A stretch of 64,000 bases of DNA from Patescibacteria group bacterium (GTDB taxonomy: Bacteria; Patescibacteriota; Minisyncoccia; UBA9983). The position numbers were made by a program, and so were the translations under genes. The stretch is taken from the NCBI GenBank assembly GCA_040752125.1, contig JBFMFK010000006.1:1152-65151 (forward strand). The letters are read 5' to 3'. The notes below the pieces were generated by a model that saw nothing but the letters and a program-made list of their open reading frames with translations, did no database searches and was not told where the DNA came from. Below are positions 38,775 through 47,617 of this stretch, one piece after another (positions within the stretch are counted from its first letter, which is position 1; each line of letters opens with the position of its first letter).

Positions 38775-39320
38775 ATGAAGCATAGAATTTTTATTTCAAT
38801 AGAGATGCCAGAGGAATTGAAGAAAATTGCTGAAAAATATATTGAGCCGTTTAGAGAAAGTGATCTGACGCGCATCGGAGAGAATAGTAATTGGCATATC
38901 ACGGTTGTTTTCTGCGGTTATCTTGATGACAGAGAATTAAATAACTTAAAAAAAATTACAGAGAAGATTAGCAAAGAAATAAAAAAGTTTGAATTAATCC
39001 CAGATAAAATAATTTTTGCTCCGCCCAATAAAAAACCGAGAATGGTTTGGTTGACATTTAAGCCGTCTCAGATTTTTTTAAAATTATGCAGAAGTTTTAG
39101 TGAATTTTCTCAAGACATTCGCGAACCAACCCCTCATCTTACCCTTGTCCGTTTTGAACAAAAACATTATCCTAATCTTAAAAAATTATTACCAGAAAAT
39201 GGATTTGATTTAAAAAAAGAAGCAAAATCATTTATAGTAGATTCAATAAATATAATGGAAAGCCATTTATCACCCAGGGGCCCAAAATATGAATTAATAT
39301 GCCGGAATTACCTGAAGTAG
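38775..39320 (+). CDS. thpR: RNA 2',3'-cyclic phosphodiesterase (2H family)
   Basis: WHITVVF and PHLTL HxT motifs, MESHL..GPKY. Confidence 0.88.
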   Translation: MKHRIFISIEMPEELKKIAEKYIEPFRESDLTRIGENSNWHITVVFCGYLDDRELNNLKKITEKISKEIKKFELIPDKIIFAPPNKKPRMVWLTFKPSQIFLKLCRSFSEFSQDIREPTPHLTLVRFEQKHYPNLKKLLPENGFDLKKEAKSFIVDSINIMESHLSPRGPKYELICRNYLK

Positions 39321-40099
39321 AAACAATTGTCAATGATTTGAAAAAAGTCTTGTTAGGATTAAAAATTCAGGATGTCTGGAGTGATGTTTTTCCTGCGCAA
39401 AAAATAAAAGAGGAAGTTGTTGGCAAAAAAATTTTAAAAATTGAGAGAAAAGGAAAAAATATCCTTATTTGGCTATCCGATAGCCGAATAGTGCTGATTC
39501 ATTTGAAATTAACTGGTTATCTTTTGTACGGCGAAAATCCGCAAAGCAAATTTATTCATTTAATTTTTAAACTATCTAATGGCAAGCAACTGGCGCTTTC
39601 TGATGTCCGTAAATTTGCCAAAGTTCTTATTTTAGACACGGATAAAATAACAGAGGAGACAAAAAGGCTTGGGCCAGAACCATTGGACAAAGATTTAACC
39701 CTCGCAAAATTTATTGAAAGATTAAAGGTGAGAAAAGGCAAAATTAAGCAAATTCTCATGGACCAGAGTGTAATCGCCGGCATTGGCAATATTTACTCTG
39801 ACGAAATTTTGTGGCTGGCTGGAATTCATCCCCTCAAAGAAATTAAAAATCTTACTCTAAAAGAATTCAAAAATATTTATCAGGCAATGAAAATTGTTCT
39901 TAAAAAAGCAATTAAAGCAAGGGGAGATTCCATTGTTGATTTTCGTGATATATCAGGCAAAAAAGGAAAATATCAGGAAATGCAATATGCCTATCAAATG
40001 ACTGGCACAAAATGCAAAAAGAAAGATGGAGGAATTATAAAGAAAATAAAAATAGGCGGAAGGTCCGCCCATTTCTGTCCCATTCACCAGAAACTCTAG
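39299..40099 (+). CDS. mutM: Formamidopyrimidine-DNA glycosylase
   Basis: MPELPEVE, RKGK, LGPEP, AGIGNIYSDE. Confidence 0.96.
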   Translation: MPELPEVETIVNDLKKVLLGLKIQDVWSDVFPAQKIKEEVVGKKILKIERKGKNILIWLSDSRIVLIHLKLTGYLLYGENPQSKFIHLIFKLSNGKQLALSDVRKFAKVLILDTDKITEETKRLGPEPLDKDLTLAKFIERLKVRKGKIKQILMDQSVIAGIGNIYSDEILWLAGIHPLKEIKNLTLKEFKNIYQAMKIVLKKAIKARGDSIVDFRDISGKKGKYQEMQYAYQMTGTKCKKKDGGIIKKIKIGGRSAHFCPIHQKL

Positions 40100-40101
40100 T
40101 T

Positions 40102-40458
40102 TTACTTGATTTTGTTTATCAATAATTCCAGAAGGTTTTTAAGTTCTGTTTGGGCATCAGCTTCGGTTTTGCTTTCAGTAAATTTCTGCCACTGACTTAA
40201 GATTTCTTCGTCGCCCAAATTTCTGATCGCGTTTTCTAATTTAAGCCGCGTCTCAAAATCAACTTCTGTCTCAGCTTTTAAGACTTTCTCAATAAAAAGT
40301 TTTGTAAACTCTAAAATCTTCTGGCTCTCTTTTTGAGACTGCAATAACACTTTTGTCGCCCTTAATTCATTTTGAAGATTTAAGTAATTTATTCCAAGAA
40401 TAATAAGGGCGACAGCTAAGATGAGAATAATAATATAAAGTGTTTTTGTGTTTCTCAT
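40102..40458 (-). CDS. Hypothetical single-TM protein
   Basis: ORF with N-terminal TM. Confidence 0.7.
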   Translation of the reverse strand: MRNTKTLYIIILILAVALIILGINYLNLQNELRATKVLLQSQKESQKILEFTKLFIEKVLKAETEVDFETRLKLENAIRNLGDEEILSQWQKFTESKTEADAQTELKNLLELLINKIK

Positions 40459-40465
40459 AAAATTT

Positions 40466-42655
40466 TTATCTTCTGAATAATCGTTCTCTTATTTTATCAC
40501 GATAAAAGTTGTAGAGCAATAGAATTATGACTGCAACTAATAAAATCGTTTTCCAGTCAACAACCTTTAACCACCAATATCTGGTCTTGAGCTCAATATT
40601 AATATGGATGCCGCTGCCTTCTTTAACCTGAAACGGCTTGCCGTCATAAACAAGATACCCCGGGGATTCTGCCTTGAGGTAATAATAGCCCTCGGGCACC
40701 AAAAATGAATAAGTACCTCTGACATCAGTGGTTTGAGGATTTTCCTGCTGATATTCTTTGGCCGGCCAGAGTTCGTATTGTTTGGTTTCGGGATTCAGCC
40801 ACCACAGAGAAACAATGGCGCCGGGGATGCGGGTTTCTTTATCGCCATCTTTTTCGTAAATATATCCTTCGGGATCAACGACCGTGGTCAACCTGATTTC
40901 CTTTTTTCCAAGTTCTGGGTCGTCAAAATCCATTACCGTGATGATTTCGTATTCGCCCTCAATCAAGGGCGCTTGGATTTCTGCGGTATAGATACCGTCG
41001 CCATCAGGATCAGTATATTCAAATTCCAGCAAAACCAGTTTCTCTTCAACTCTGACTGGCTGTTCTTGAGGTTTGGCAAAAGAAGGAACAGCGAAGAACA
41101 AAGATGCGGTGAGGTCTTGAAACCTGAAACTTGAAACTTGAAACTTATTGGTTTCAGGTTTTAGGTTATAAGTTACAGATTTTCGTGATTTAAATACCAC
41201 ATAGCCCTTGATGCTTTTAACCGGCTTGTCTGGCTTCACCACTAATTGCAATGGCTTGCCGGAAATTGTCTCAATTTTCTGTTGCGGTTCGCCTTTGTCG
41301 CTAACAGATAAAGCGATATTGAAATCAATCAGCTCACTGCCGGTTTTAGCAAAGACAATTTCTGTTGGCAACTGCTGTTTAATATGTGGCGGGAGTTCGG
41401 CAACTGGAACGCCTTGAGGCAGGGCAAATTTACCCGGTTCAATTTTTGCCGTTGGTAGGCCAATCCTTTCGGTCAGTCCCGGTAAGGTCAATTTAACGGT
41501 TTTTAATTTTTCAATATCAGTGATTTTGGTAATACCGACTTTTTTCAAGGTTTCGCCCAATTCCGGAAACTTTTCTGCCAGTTTTCTGATTTCCTTAGGC
41601 AGGGGCGCTAAAACAAATTCTTTGATTGGTTTTGAGGGCAAAAGCTGCCATTTTCCTTGGAACGCCAATGGCGCTTCTTTTGGTACTAATTCTTCAGTCG
41701 GAACTTCTGGCGGTTTAACTTCCGGAAGCTTGGGTTTTAAAAATTCGGAAACTAATGGCTTTAGAATCTCTAGTATTTTTTCAATGGAAACTTCTTTTTT
41801 ATAAAAAATGCTATCAGAAACAACTTCTGAACATCTGCCCCATTGAGTGCAAAATTTAGCATAAATAGTTTTTTCACCCTTGCCTTCTGAAAGAGTTCGA
41901 GAAATAGAAACTTGCGTTAATAAAGCATTATAAGATACCTGATAATCTTCTGGAAATTGAGAATTTTCAGAAATCCAAACAGTTTTAGTATTCGGTCCGC
42001 CTTTTAAGGTCAAGATAACTTTTAGAGAATTAGTTTCTGTAGCGTCATCATTGATTAAAATTTTAAATCCTCCTTCGGGCGCTGTTGGAGGATTATACGT
42101 CTCTGGCGGCAAACCGCCACCACCACAACTTCCACAATCAGCAGAGCAACTGCTACAAGTTTCACTGCCGTTGCAGGTACCATCGCCACAAGTTGGAGTC
42201 GGGGTTCTTGCGCTTTGGGGACGCCAATCGGTCCGGACATCGCAGTTGGCGCAATCAAAAGTTATAACCCCGGAAATATCGCCGCTGGCTGCACCAGTAA
42301 ATTTACCAGAAGCATTAATTGAAACATTATCAAAATCTATCCAACCCAAATTCTCAGCCCAGGCATAACCAACAAGATTGCCCTCGCCGTTATTTGTTAC
42401 ACCGCTATTAGTCGGGCTCAAATTTATCCAACCATAATTATCATTCCAGGCATAACCGGTTAAACCAGAATCAGTAATCAGAACATTGCATTGACCACAG
42501 CCAAAATTAATCCAGCCGGCATTTTCCGACCACGCATATTTGTAAGTAGAATCAATGGTGCCCTCGGTCTGGGAAGCAAAAACCCAGATTGGCAAAAAGA
42601 CAGCGGTGCTAAAAACAGATAAAATTGTGATTATTGTTTTGATCTTCATTTTCAA
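40466..42655 (-). CDS. Large surface protein (AW.EN.GWI repeats, Cys-rich linker, carboxypeptidase-regulatory-like domain, C-terminal TM)
   Basis: three YAW.xN.GWI repeats, CGDGTCNGSETCSSCSADCG, QENPQTTD.RG.YSF. Confidence 0.8.
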   Translation of the reverse strand: MKMKIKTIITILSVFSTAVFLPIWVFASQTEGTIDSTYKYAWSENAGWINFGCGQCNVLITDSGLTGYAWNDNYGWINLSPTNSGVTNNGEGNLVGYAWAENLGWIDFDNVSINASGKFTGAASGDISGVITFDCANCDVRTDWRPQSARTPTPTCGDGTCNGSETCSSCSADCGSCGGGGLPPETYNPPTAPEGGFKILINDDATETNSLKVILTLKGGPNTKTVWISENSQFPEDYQVSYNALLTQVSISRTLSEGKGEKTIYAKFCTQWGRCSEVVSDSIFYKKEVSIEKILEILKPLVSEFLKPKLPEVKPPEVPTEELVPKEAPLAFQGKWQLLPSKPIKEFVLAPLPKEIRKLAEKFPELGETLKKVGITKITDIEKLKTVKLTLPGLTERIGLPTAKIEPGKFALPQGVPVAELPPHIKQQLPTEIVFAKTGSELIDFNIALSVSDKGEPQQKIETISGKPLQLVVKPDKPVKSIKGYVVFKSRKSVTYNLKPETNKFQVSSFRFQDLTASLFFAVPSFAKPQEQPVRVEEKLVLLEFEYTDPDGDGIYTAEIQAPLIEGEYEIITVMDFDDPELGKKEIRLTTVVDPEGYIYEKDGDKETRIPGAIVSLWWLNPETKQYELWPAKEYQQENPQTTDVRGTYSFLVPEGYYYLKAESPGYLVYDGKPFQVKEGSGIHINIELKTRYWWLKVVDWKTILLVAVIILLLYNFYRDKIRERLFRR
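41117..41177. repeat. Inverted heptamer array inside the surface-protein gene
   Basis: (YTGAAAC)x4 followed by GGTTTCA GGTTTTA GGTTATA AGTTACA. Confidence 0.75.
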
Positions 42656-42672
42656 AACTTTACCCGTTATTT

Positions 42673-42930
42673 CTACTCTGTTGCTGGCGCCTGAAGACAG
42701 CTGACATTTATTAATTGAATTTGTTTTTCATCACTGAAAACCGGAAGGGGATTACATTGTTCTGCCTCTTTTATGAGTGTATTGATGGTGTCAATTTTAC
42801 CCTGCTGATAGGCCTGGTTTAATTGTTTTGATTTAAAATCACTCCAGACATCATAAACAATGTAGATTAATGAGAAAATTATCCAAATCAAAACGATGAG
42901 ATGGGAAATGATTTTTTTTGGGGTTGTCAT
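42673..42930 (-). CDS. Hypothetical single-TM protein
   Basis: TM + AYQQG + two Cys. Confidence 0.65.
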   Translation of the reverse strand: MTTPKKIISHLIVLIWIIFSLIYIVYDVWSDFKSKQLNQAYQQGKIDTINTLIKEAEQCNPLPVFSDEKQIQLINVSCLQAPATE

Positions 42931-43060
42931 AATTTTTAATTGTTATAAAAACTATGATTACTTTAAGGAAAACGACCAATTTCCTTATTAACTAATTCTA
43001 CCACTCATTTCTAACGGATTTATTGGAGGAATGTCCTCCATAAATGCCGTGTTGGTGAGA

Positions 43061-45529
43061 TTAAGGTGTGTCAGTTGATTCGTCAATTACTGGTTCCTCG
43101 GCCTGAGCCACATCGAGGGGTTCAGCTGGTGAAGTTTCAGCTGGCGTCTGCTCGGTAGTGACATCAGGGTTTTCTCCTAGCGACGGTTCCTCAACCAGGG
43201 GTTCTTCAGTCGCCGGCTCTTCAGTGATGACTGTTTCAGCCGGTAGCTGATTTCCTTCAGAGTTGAGATTTTGAATTGCATTTGGCATCTGAACCTGACC
43301 ATCTGGATTTGAAATTTGATTTTTCTCCAACAAAGCTTTTAACTGATTTTTATCTATGCAGATTGCTTCGTTATCATCACCCTCCAGACATAATTTCTTG
43401 GTGGTGATTTTCTCCGCGATAAATTCTTTGGCTTTAACTACGCCTTCGCTAATGGCAACACCAAGACTCTTGAACTGATCTAAAATCCAAGCAAATGATT
43501 CCTCAAAAATGCTTTCCCCGCCAGACTGGGGCGGAGAAGGATTAAAGGTTATGCTTTGGGATAAAAGATTGACAAACACTAAAATTTCGCCCGTGCTGTC
43601 TTCGCGGTAATTTTCCAAAGCAATGCCAATAGTTGGCTCGTTGCCTGCGGCTTTTTTGCCAATGCCCGGTGTTTGCGACAAAGCAATTCTGTCGCCTTGT
43701 TCAATTTCTCCGCCTTCTAAATTGACCTTGACCGGAATTCGTCCGGAAAGAGTCACGGCTACTTGATGTTCTTCTTTATACTCTGGGCCATTAAAGCCGC
43801 CCAACAAAACTGCTGGTTCAGTGGAAATTGCGCCTAAAAGAATTTCGCCCTGTTCGGCGCGTTTGACAAATGGTCCGTTGAAATTTTTATCTAAAGAAAC
43901 AATCTCGCCCGCGCCTAAACTTGTATCCTTGGTAGGATAATTTTCCGCCACATCATAAATAGTCATGGCTGTGGCAGAAGAATAAACCACGCCTTCGGTA
44001 TTATTGTCAGTATTACAATTAACATCACTGCCTACGCACAAACCTCCGCCCGTAACCTGCAATCTGGCTTCTGGTCCCGTCGTCCCGATGCCGACGTTGC
44101 CGGAAGTTGCCAATACCAACTGATTGGCAGCATTCGCATAGGTGCCTAAAATTAATGCCTTTTCTGTCTCTGTACCGGCATAATTTGTGTATATTTGAGA
44201 ACCACTGCCAGCATTAACATTAAAGCGTATAGATTGATAGTTGCTCGCAGCGCTGGCGATCTCTAATTTTGTCCCAGGGGACGTTAACCCGATCCCGACA
44301 TTACCAGCGCTTGTGATTCTTACTTTTTCTGAAGGAGTAGTCCCAAAAGTAAAAGCTAAATCGCCAGACTCTCTGCGAAGAAAAATGTCTCTTGCCGCTG
44401 TCCCTGGTCCGAAACCCATAAAAGGTGTTTCGGTATCAAAACCAAAACCAAGCCTCGCATATGTATCGCCTTGGCCAAGTGCCCCAAGTCCTACCCAATT
44501 TGCGGAACTAGTCGGCATGACAACCATTAAACTACCGTATTGATTTATTTTCACATATTGATCGTCATCGATATAAACTTTAAATCCATTATCGGTCCCG
44601 CTCCCTTGAATTTCAAGCTTCGCTCCAGGAGTTGAAGTCCCGATGCCGACATTGCCGTTCAAAATCGTATAACCTGTTCCAGATGGAGTAAGAGTAACAT
44701 TCTGATTTGCTCCACCAGCAGTAAAAGTTAAGGCACCGGTACCAATGATAGAACCAGTAGAAGTTCCGGTTCCACCATAAGTTAGAGCCAAGGGCGTTGT
44801 TAAACCGATTGCACCAGTAGTTGAGTTATATGTTATTGGCTCTATTCCTGATAAAGCATTCCTTGCTCTGGTATCGGTGTAGTAGAGGTTAGTTCCTTCA
44901 GCTAAGTTAGAGGTGGTTTTTCCGGAAAAAGCAGTGTCAAATCTTCCTTGGGTCCAATAAAGATTAGTTCCTTCTGGTAAGTCATTAGTGGTGGCTGAAC
45001 CGGAAATTAGACCGGCTGCCGCTTTCAAAACTCCTGATAAACCGGTTAGGGTTAAACCAGCAAAGGTCGGCGAATCAGAAGTGTTTAATCCAGCAACTGC
45101 TGCCTGATTCAAGGTTTGCCAGGTTTTATCGCCTCGCCAGTAAGCAGATGTTCCGCTGGCAGCAATGGCTGGTTCTTTGCTGTTAAAAGTTGTCCAGTCA
45201 GCAGCAGTTAAAAGACCGCGGTTTAAAGCTGAAGCAGAAGGCAAATTAAAAGTATGGGTTGAACCTGAAGAAGTGATGGTAAAATCAGTACCAGTGGTTG
45301 AGGAAGCAAAAGTTTGGCTGGAGGTTGATAATCCATTTAAAGTGCTCAGCGGGGCTAAAACCGTACAATTGGTATCACCAGGACTGCAACCAGGATCTAA
45401 GGTTTCGCCTGGATTATAGGGGCTGCCAGGCGGCGCCGCTTTCACTACGGCAAAAATTATCAAGACAGAAATAAGGACTACTAATCCGGCTTTTAGTCCG
45501 TTAGAAATAGGGGAATTTTTGATTTTCAT
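43061..45529 (-). CDS. Large fibre/adhesin-like protein
   Basis: signal/TM, YNPGETLDP.C.PG, (T.NL.EGTNLY)x2, GNVGIG repeats, GRIPVKV..G.I..GD module, acidic tail. Confidence 0.78.
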   Translation of the reverse strand: MKIKNSPISNGLKAGLVVLISVLIIFAVVKAAPPGSPYNPGETLDPGCSPGDTNCTVLAPLSTLNGLSTSSQTFASSTTGTDFTITSSGSTHTFNLPSASALNRGLLTAADWTTFNSKEPAIAASGTSAYWRGDKTWQTLNQAAVAGLNTSDSPTFAGLTLTGLSGVLKAAAGLISGSATTNDLPEGTNLYWTQGRFDTAFSGKTTSNLAEGTNLYYTDTRARNALSGIEPITYNSTTGAIGLTTPLALTYGGTGTSTGSIIGTGALTFTAGGANQNVTLTPSGTGYTILNGNVGIGTSTPGAKLEIQGSGTDNGFKVYIDDDQYVKINQYGSLMVVMPTSSANWVGLGALGQGDTYARLGFGFDTETPFMGFGPGTAARDIFLRRESGDLAFTFGTTPSEKVRITSAGNVGIGLTSPGTKLEIASAASNYQSIRFNVNAGSGSQIYTNYAGTETEKALILGTYANAANQLVLATSGNVGIGTTGPEARLQVTGGGLCVGSDVNCNTDNNTEGVVYSSATAMTIYDVAENYPTKDTSLGAGEIVSLDKNFNGPFVKRAEQGEILLGAISTEPAVLLGGFNGPEYKEEHQVAVTLSGRIPVKVNLEGGEIEQGDRIALSQTPGIGKKAAGNEPTIGIALENYREDSTGEILVFVNLLSQSITFNPSPPQSGGESIFEESFAWILDQFKSLGVAISEGVVKAKEFIAEKITTKKLCLEGDDNEAICIDKNQLKALLEKNQISNPDGQVQMPNAIQNLNSEGNQLPAETVITEEPATEEPLVEEPSLGENPDVTTEQTPAETSPAEPLDVAQAEEPVIDESTDTP

Positions 45530-45762
45530 ATTTTTAATCTTGAATCTTGGAGCTTAAATTGTTAATTTTACAATTCAAGTCTCTTGTTTCAAGAAATTAA
45601 CTAAATTATTAACGAGCCTTTATAATTTTTATTTTAATGATAACAAAATCCGAGAAAATTTTAAGTGCAAAAACACCCCGGCGTGGTTGATACTTATTAG
45701 TATCCATAAATATCTATTAATATCTCAGTATCTATAAATACCATTTGTATTATATCAAATTT

Positions 45763-46191
45763 TCAAAACAAAGTACCAAGATGTTTCTTGAGAATTCCTT
45801 TTGATAAATCAAATATTTTTTCAATAAAATCAAGATACTCTTTCGCTTGTTTATTTGTAATTATTGTGCTTCCGCCATCATATAATTCTATATTGCGCGT
45901 TTTCCTCATTTCGTTGCCATACATTAAGACGTCTTCATTCTTTAATATTTCTGACATTTTTTCTAAAATTTTTATATGATGCCCTAAACGGCTTTTGACT
46001 TTATAGCCATAACAGGCAATCAAACTAATGCCTAATTTTATAAAAGCATTGTAAGTAAATTGAAATTTAACCTCTGCTATATTTGCATTTTTGGCAATTT
46101 TTAAATCCTTATAAGCAGAATCCAAATATTTCCTTATCTGATTCTTGCTAAAATTAAATTTCCTGAAATATTTGTTTTCAAATTTTATCAT
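45763..46191 (-). CDS. HEPN-domain putative toxin
   Basis: helical HEPN pattern with GHH and R..RN...Y; overlaps the MNT gene. Confidence 0.7.
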   Translation of the reverse strand: MIKFENKYFRKFNFSKNQIRKYLDSAYKDLKIAKNANIAEVKFQFTYNAFIKLGISLIACYGYKVKSRLGHHIKILEKMSEILKNEDVLMYGNEMRKTRNIELYDGGSTIITNKQAKEYLDFIEKIFDLSKGILKKHLGTLF

Positions 46192-46727
46192 ATTAATCGG
46201 ATATGTTTGTTTTTAAAAATATTTTTGAGCAACTCGCTGTTTCTCTTTTTTTTGAATTCACTTTCCGTCATATCAATAATATTGATTTCTCTATCAACTT
46301 GCTTTTGAAGTTTAATTATTTCTCTTTGGGTTTTTAAAAAATTATGCGAACCAATTAATAATAAATCTACATCACTTTCGGAGCTTAATTTATTCTGTGC
46401 GTAAGAACCAAAAATAACGGCCATTTTAAGACCATTAATTTTTTCTAAAACCTGTTTTAATTTATTCTCCAAACCAAAAGTTTTTTGAATAATTTTTTTA
46501 ATCTCTTTTAAAAGAGGGTATTTTTTATTTATTCTATACAAACTTAAATTGCCTTTTTTATTTTTAATCAAAATTCCCTCCTTTTCCCATTCGGCCAATT
46601 TTCTGGTCAAATTTCCGCGGTTAACATCAAATTTTTCAGCCATTTCATTCAAATACATCTCCGCTTCAGGGTTTAAGAAAAAATAGCTTAATACTTTTTG
46701 AGTTATTTTTGATTTAAAATTAATCAT
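46188..46727 (-). CDS. wHTH + minimal nucleotidyltransferase (MNT) putative antitoxin
   Basis: N-terminal wHTH; FGSYA...SDVDLL. Confidence 0.85.
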   Translation of the reverse strand: MINFKSKITQKVLSYFFLNPEAEMYLNEMAEKFDVNRGNLTRKLAEWEKEGILIKNKKGNLSLYRINKKYPLLKEIKKIIQKTFGLENKLKQVLEKINGLKMAVIFGSYAQNKLSSESDVDLLLIGSHNFLKTQREIIKLQKQVDREINIIDMTESEFKKKRNSELLKNIFKNKHIRLI

Positions 46728-46747
46728 AAAATGAGGGTATTATACTA

Positions 46748-46771
46748 TTTAGTGTAGCATATTACACTAAA
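46748..46771. promoter_or_regulatory. Operator-like inverted repeat upstream of MNT-HEPN
   Basis: TTTAGTGTA-6nt-TACACTAAA. Confidence 0.6.
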
Positions 46772-46888
46772 GAAACAATTTATTGAACGATCTTTGAAAT
46801 TCAAAACTTCTTACTCGCTTTAGGGAGTAGATGTCATTCGGTCCTTTGGTTAGTTTGTAGTCTTTAAGATTACTCATTTATGTATAGT

Positions 46889-46940
46889 AATGTAAAATGT
46901 AAAAATCAAAAATCAAAATGACAAATTAAAATGTTAAAAT
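46889..46940 (+). repeat. Heptamer array, left flank of the four-helix-bundle gene
   Basis: AATGTAA AATGTAA AAATCAA AAATCAA AATGACA AATTAAA ATGTTAA. Confidence 0.8.
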
Positions 46941-47311
46941 TATTTTTTGCCTTTGAGGGTTATTATACTAGAGGCTAAAATATTTGCTATTTCAATTAAT
47001 TCTTCTAATAAATATTTTAGCTCATTTGTATCTCCTTTCATAGTATCTCTTAATAATGTTAGCCAAACTTTTGATTCGTTGGCTAATTTTAAAGAGTAGG
47101 TGAAAAAGTTAATAAAATCTCTTTTAGAACTCGCGGAATTTGCCTCAATGTAATTTGCTAAAATACTTGTGCCGCTTCTTAAAAGCTGTTTACCCAAAAC
47201 ATTACAAATAGAATCTTGGGGAAGTTTATCAATAAATTTAATCAACCTTAAAACCCAATTATAAAGTCTTTTCTTAAATTCATTTTTAAATTTTGCACTG
47301 TCATTTTCCAT
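46940..47311 (-). CDS. Four helix bundle protein (23S rRNA IVP-like / TIGR02436-type)
   Basis: QLLRSGTSILANYIEA..S.RDF...ANESKVWL. Confidence 0.9.
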   Translation of the reverse strand: MENDSAKFKNEFKKRLYNWVLRLIKFIDKLPQDSICNVLGKQLLRSGTSILANYIEANSASSKRDFINFFTYSLKLANESKVWLTLLRDTMKGDTNELKYLLEELIEIANILASSIITLKGKK

Positions 47312-47333
47312 TTTGATTTTTTAATTTTGCATT
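47282..47333 (-). repeat. Heptamer array, right flank (inverted), containing the start codon
   Basis: minus strand AATGCAA AATTAAA AAATCAA AATGGAA AATGACA GTGCAAA ATTTAAA. Confidence 0.8.
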
Positions 47334-47395
47334 AATAAACTCGTTAATTCATTAATTCGTTAATTTGAAGCGTGTTTTATCTGTGGACAAGTCAA

Positions 47396-47423
47396 TTGAC
47401 ATATTTTAGGGATTTGCTATGAT
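47396..47423 (+). promoter_or_regulatory. Sigma70-type promoter
   Basis: TTGACA-16nt-TATGAT with extended -10 TG. Confidence 0.6.
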
Positions 47424-47429
47424 GAAAAT

Positions 47430-47486
47430 GCAAGCAGGAGAAGTCCTATTTGTTATCAACTGCCCGTTGTAAAAGACGGGCTTTTA
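47430..47486 (+). ncRNA. Candidate ~55-nt small RNA
   Basis: promoter, then hairpin (AGGA-GAAG-TCCT), then terminator GCCCGT..ACGGGC-TTTT. Confidence 0.4.
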
Positions 47487-47617
47487 TTATTGTTCTTTCT
47501 TTCAATTATACTTCTACCTTGAAGATATTTTTGGGATTTTTCTTTTTCCAAAACATTATCTTTCAATACTACTTCTCAAGTATGGGTTATATAAAATTTT
47601 ATGCTATAACAAAAGAT

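Noticed and set aside
41705-41726. Second copy of the pduO palindrome (EVKPP peptide)
   Set aside because: DNA is only partly similar and not a clean palindrome; Pro/Glu linker coding explains it.
45672-45730. ACACCCCGGCGTGGT imperfect palindrome and degenerate 8-10-nt tandem runs (also ~32020, ~33070, ~38730)
   Set aside because: Single or highly degenerate AT-rich copies; cannot be distinguished from background by eye.
40102-46727. Prophage
   Set aside because: Fibre-like motifs only; no capsid, terminase, portal or integrase, and the proteins carry signal/TM segments.
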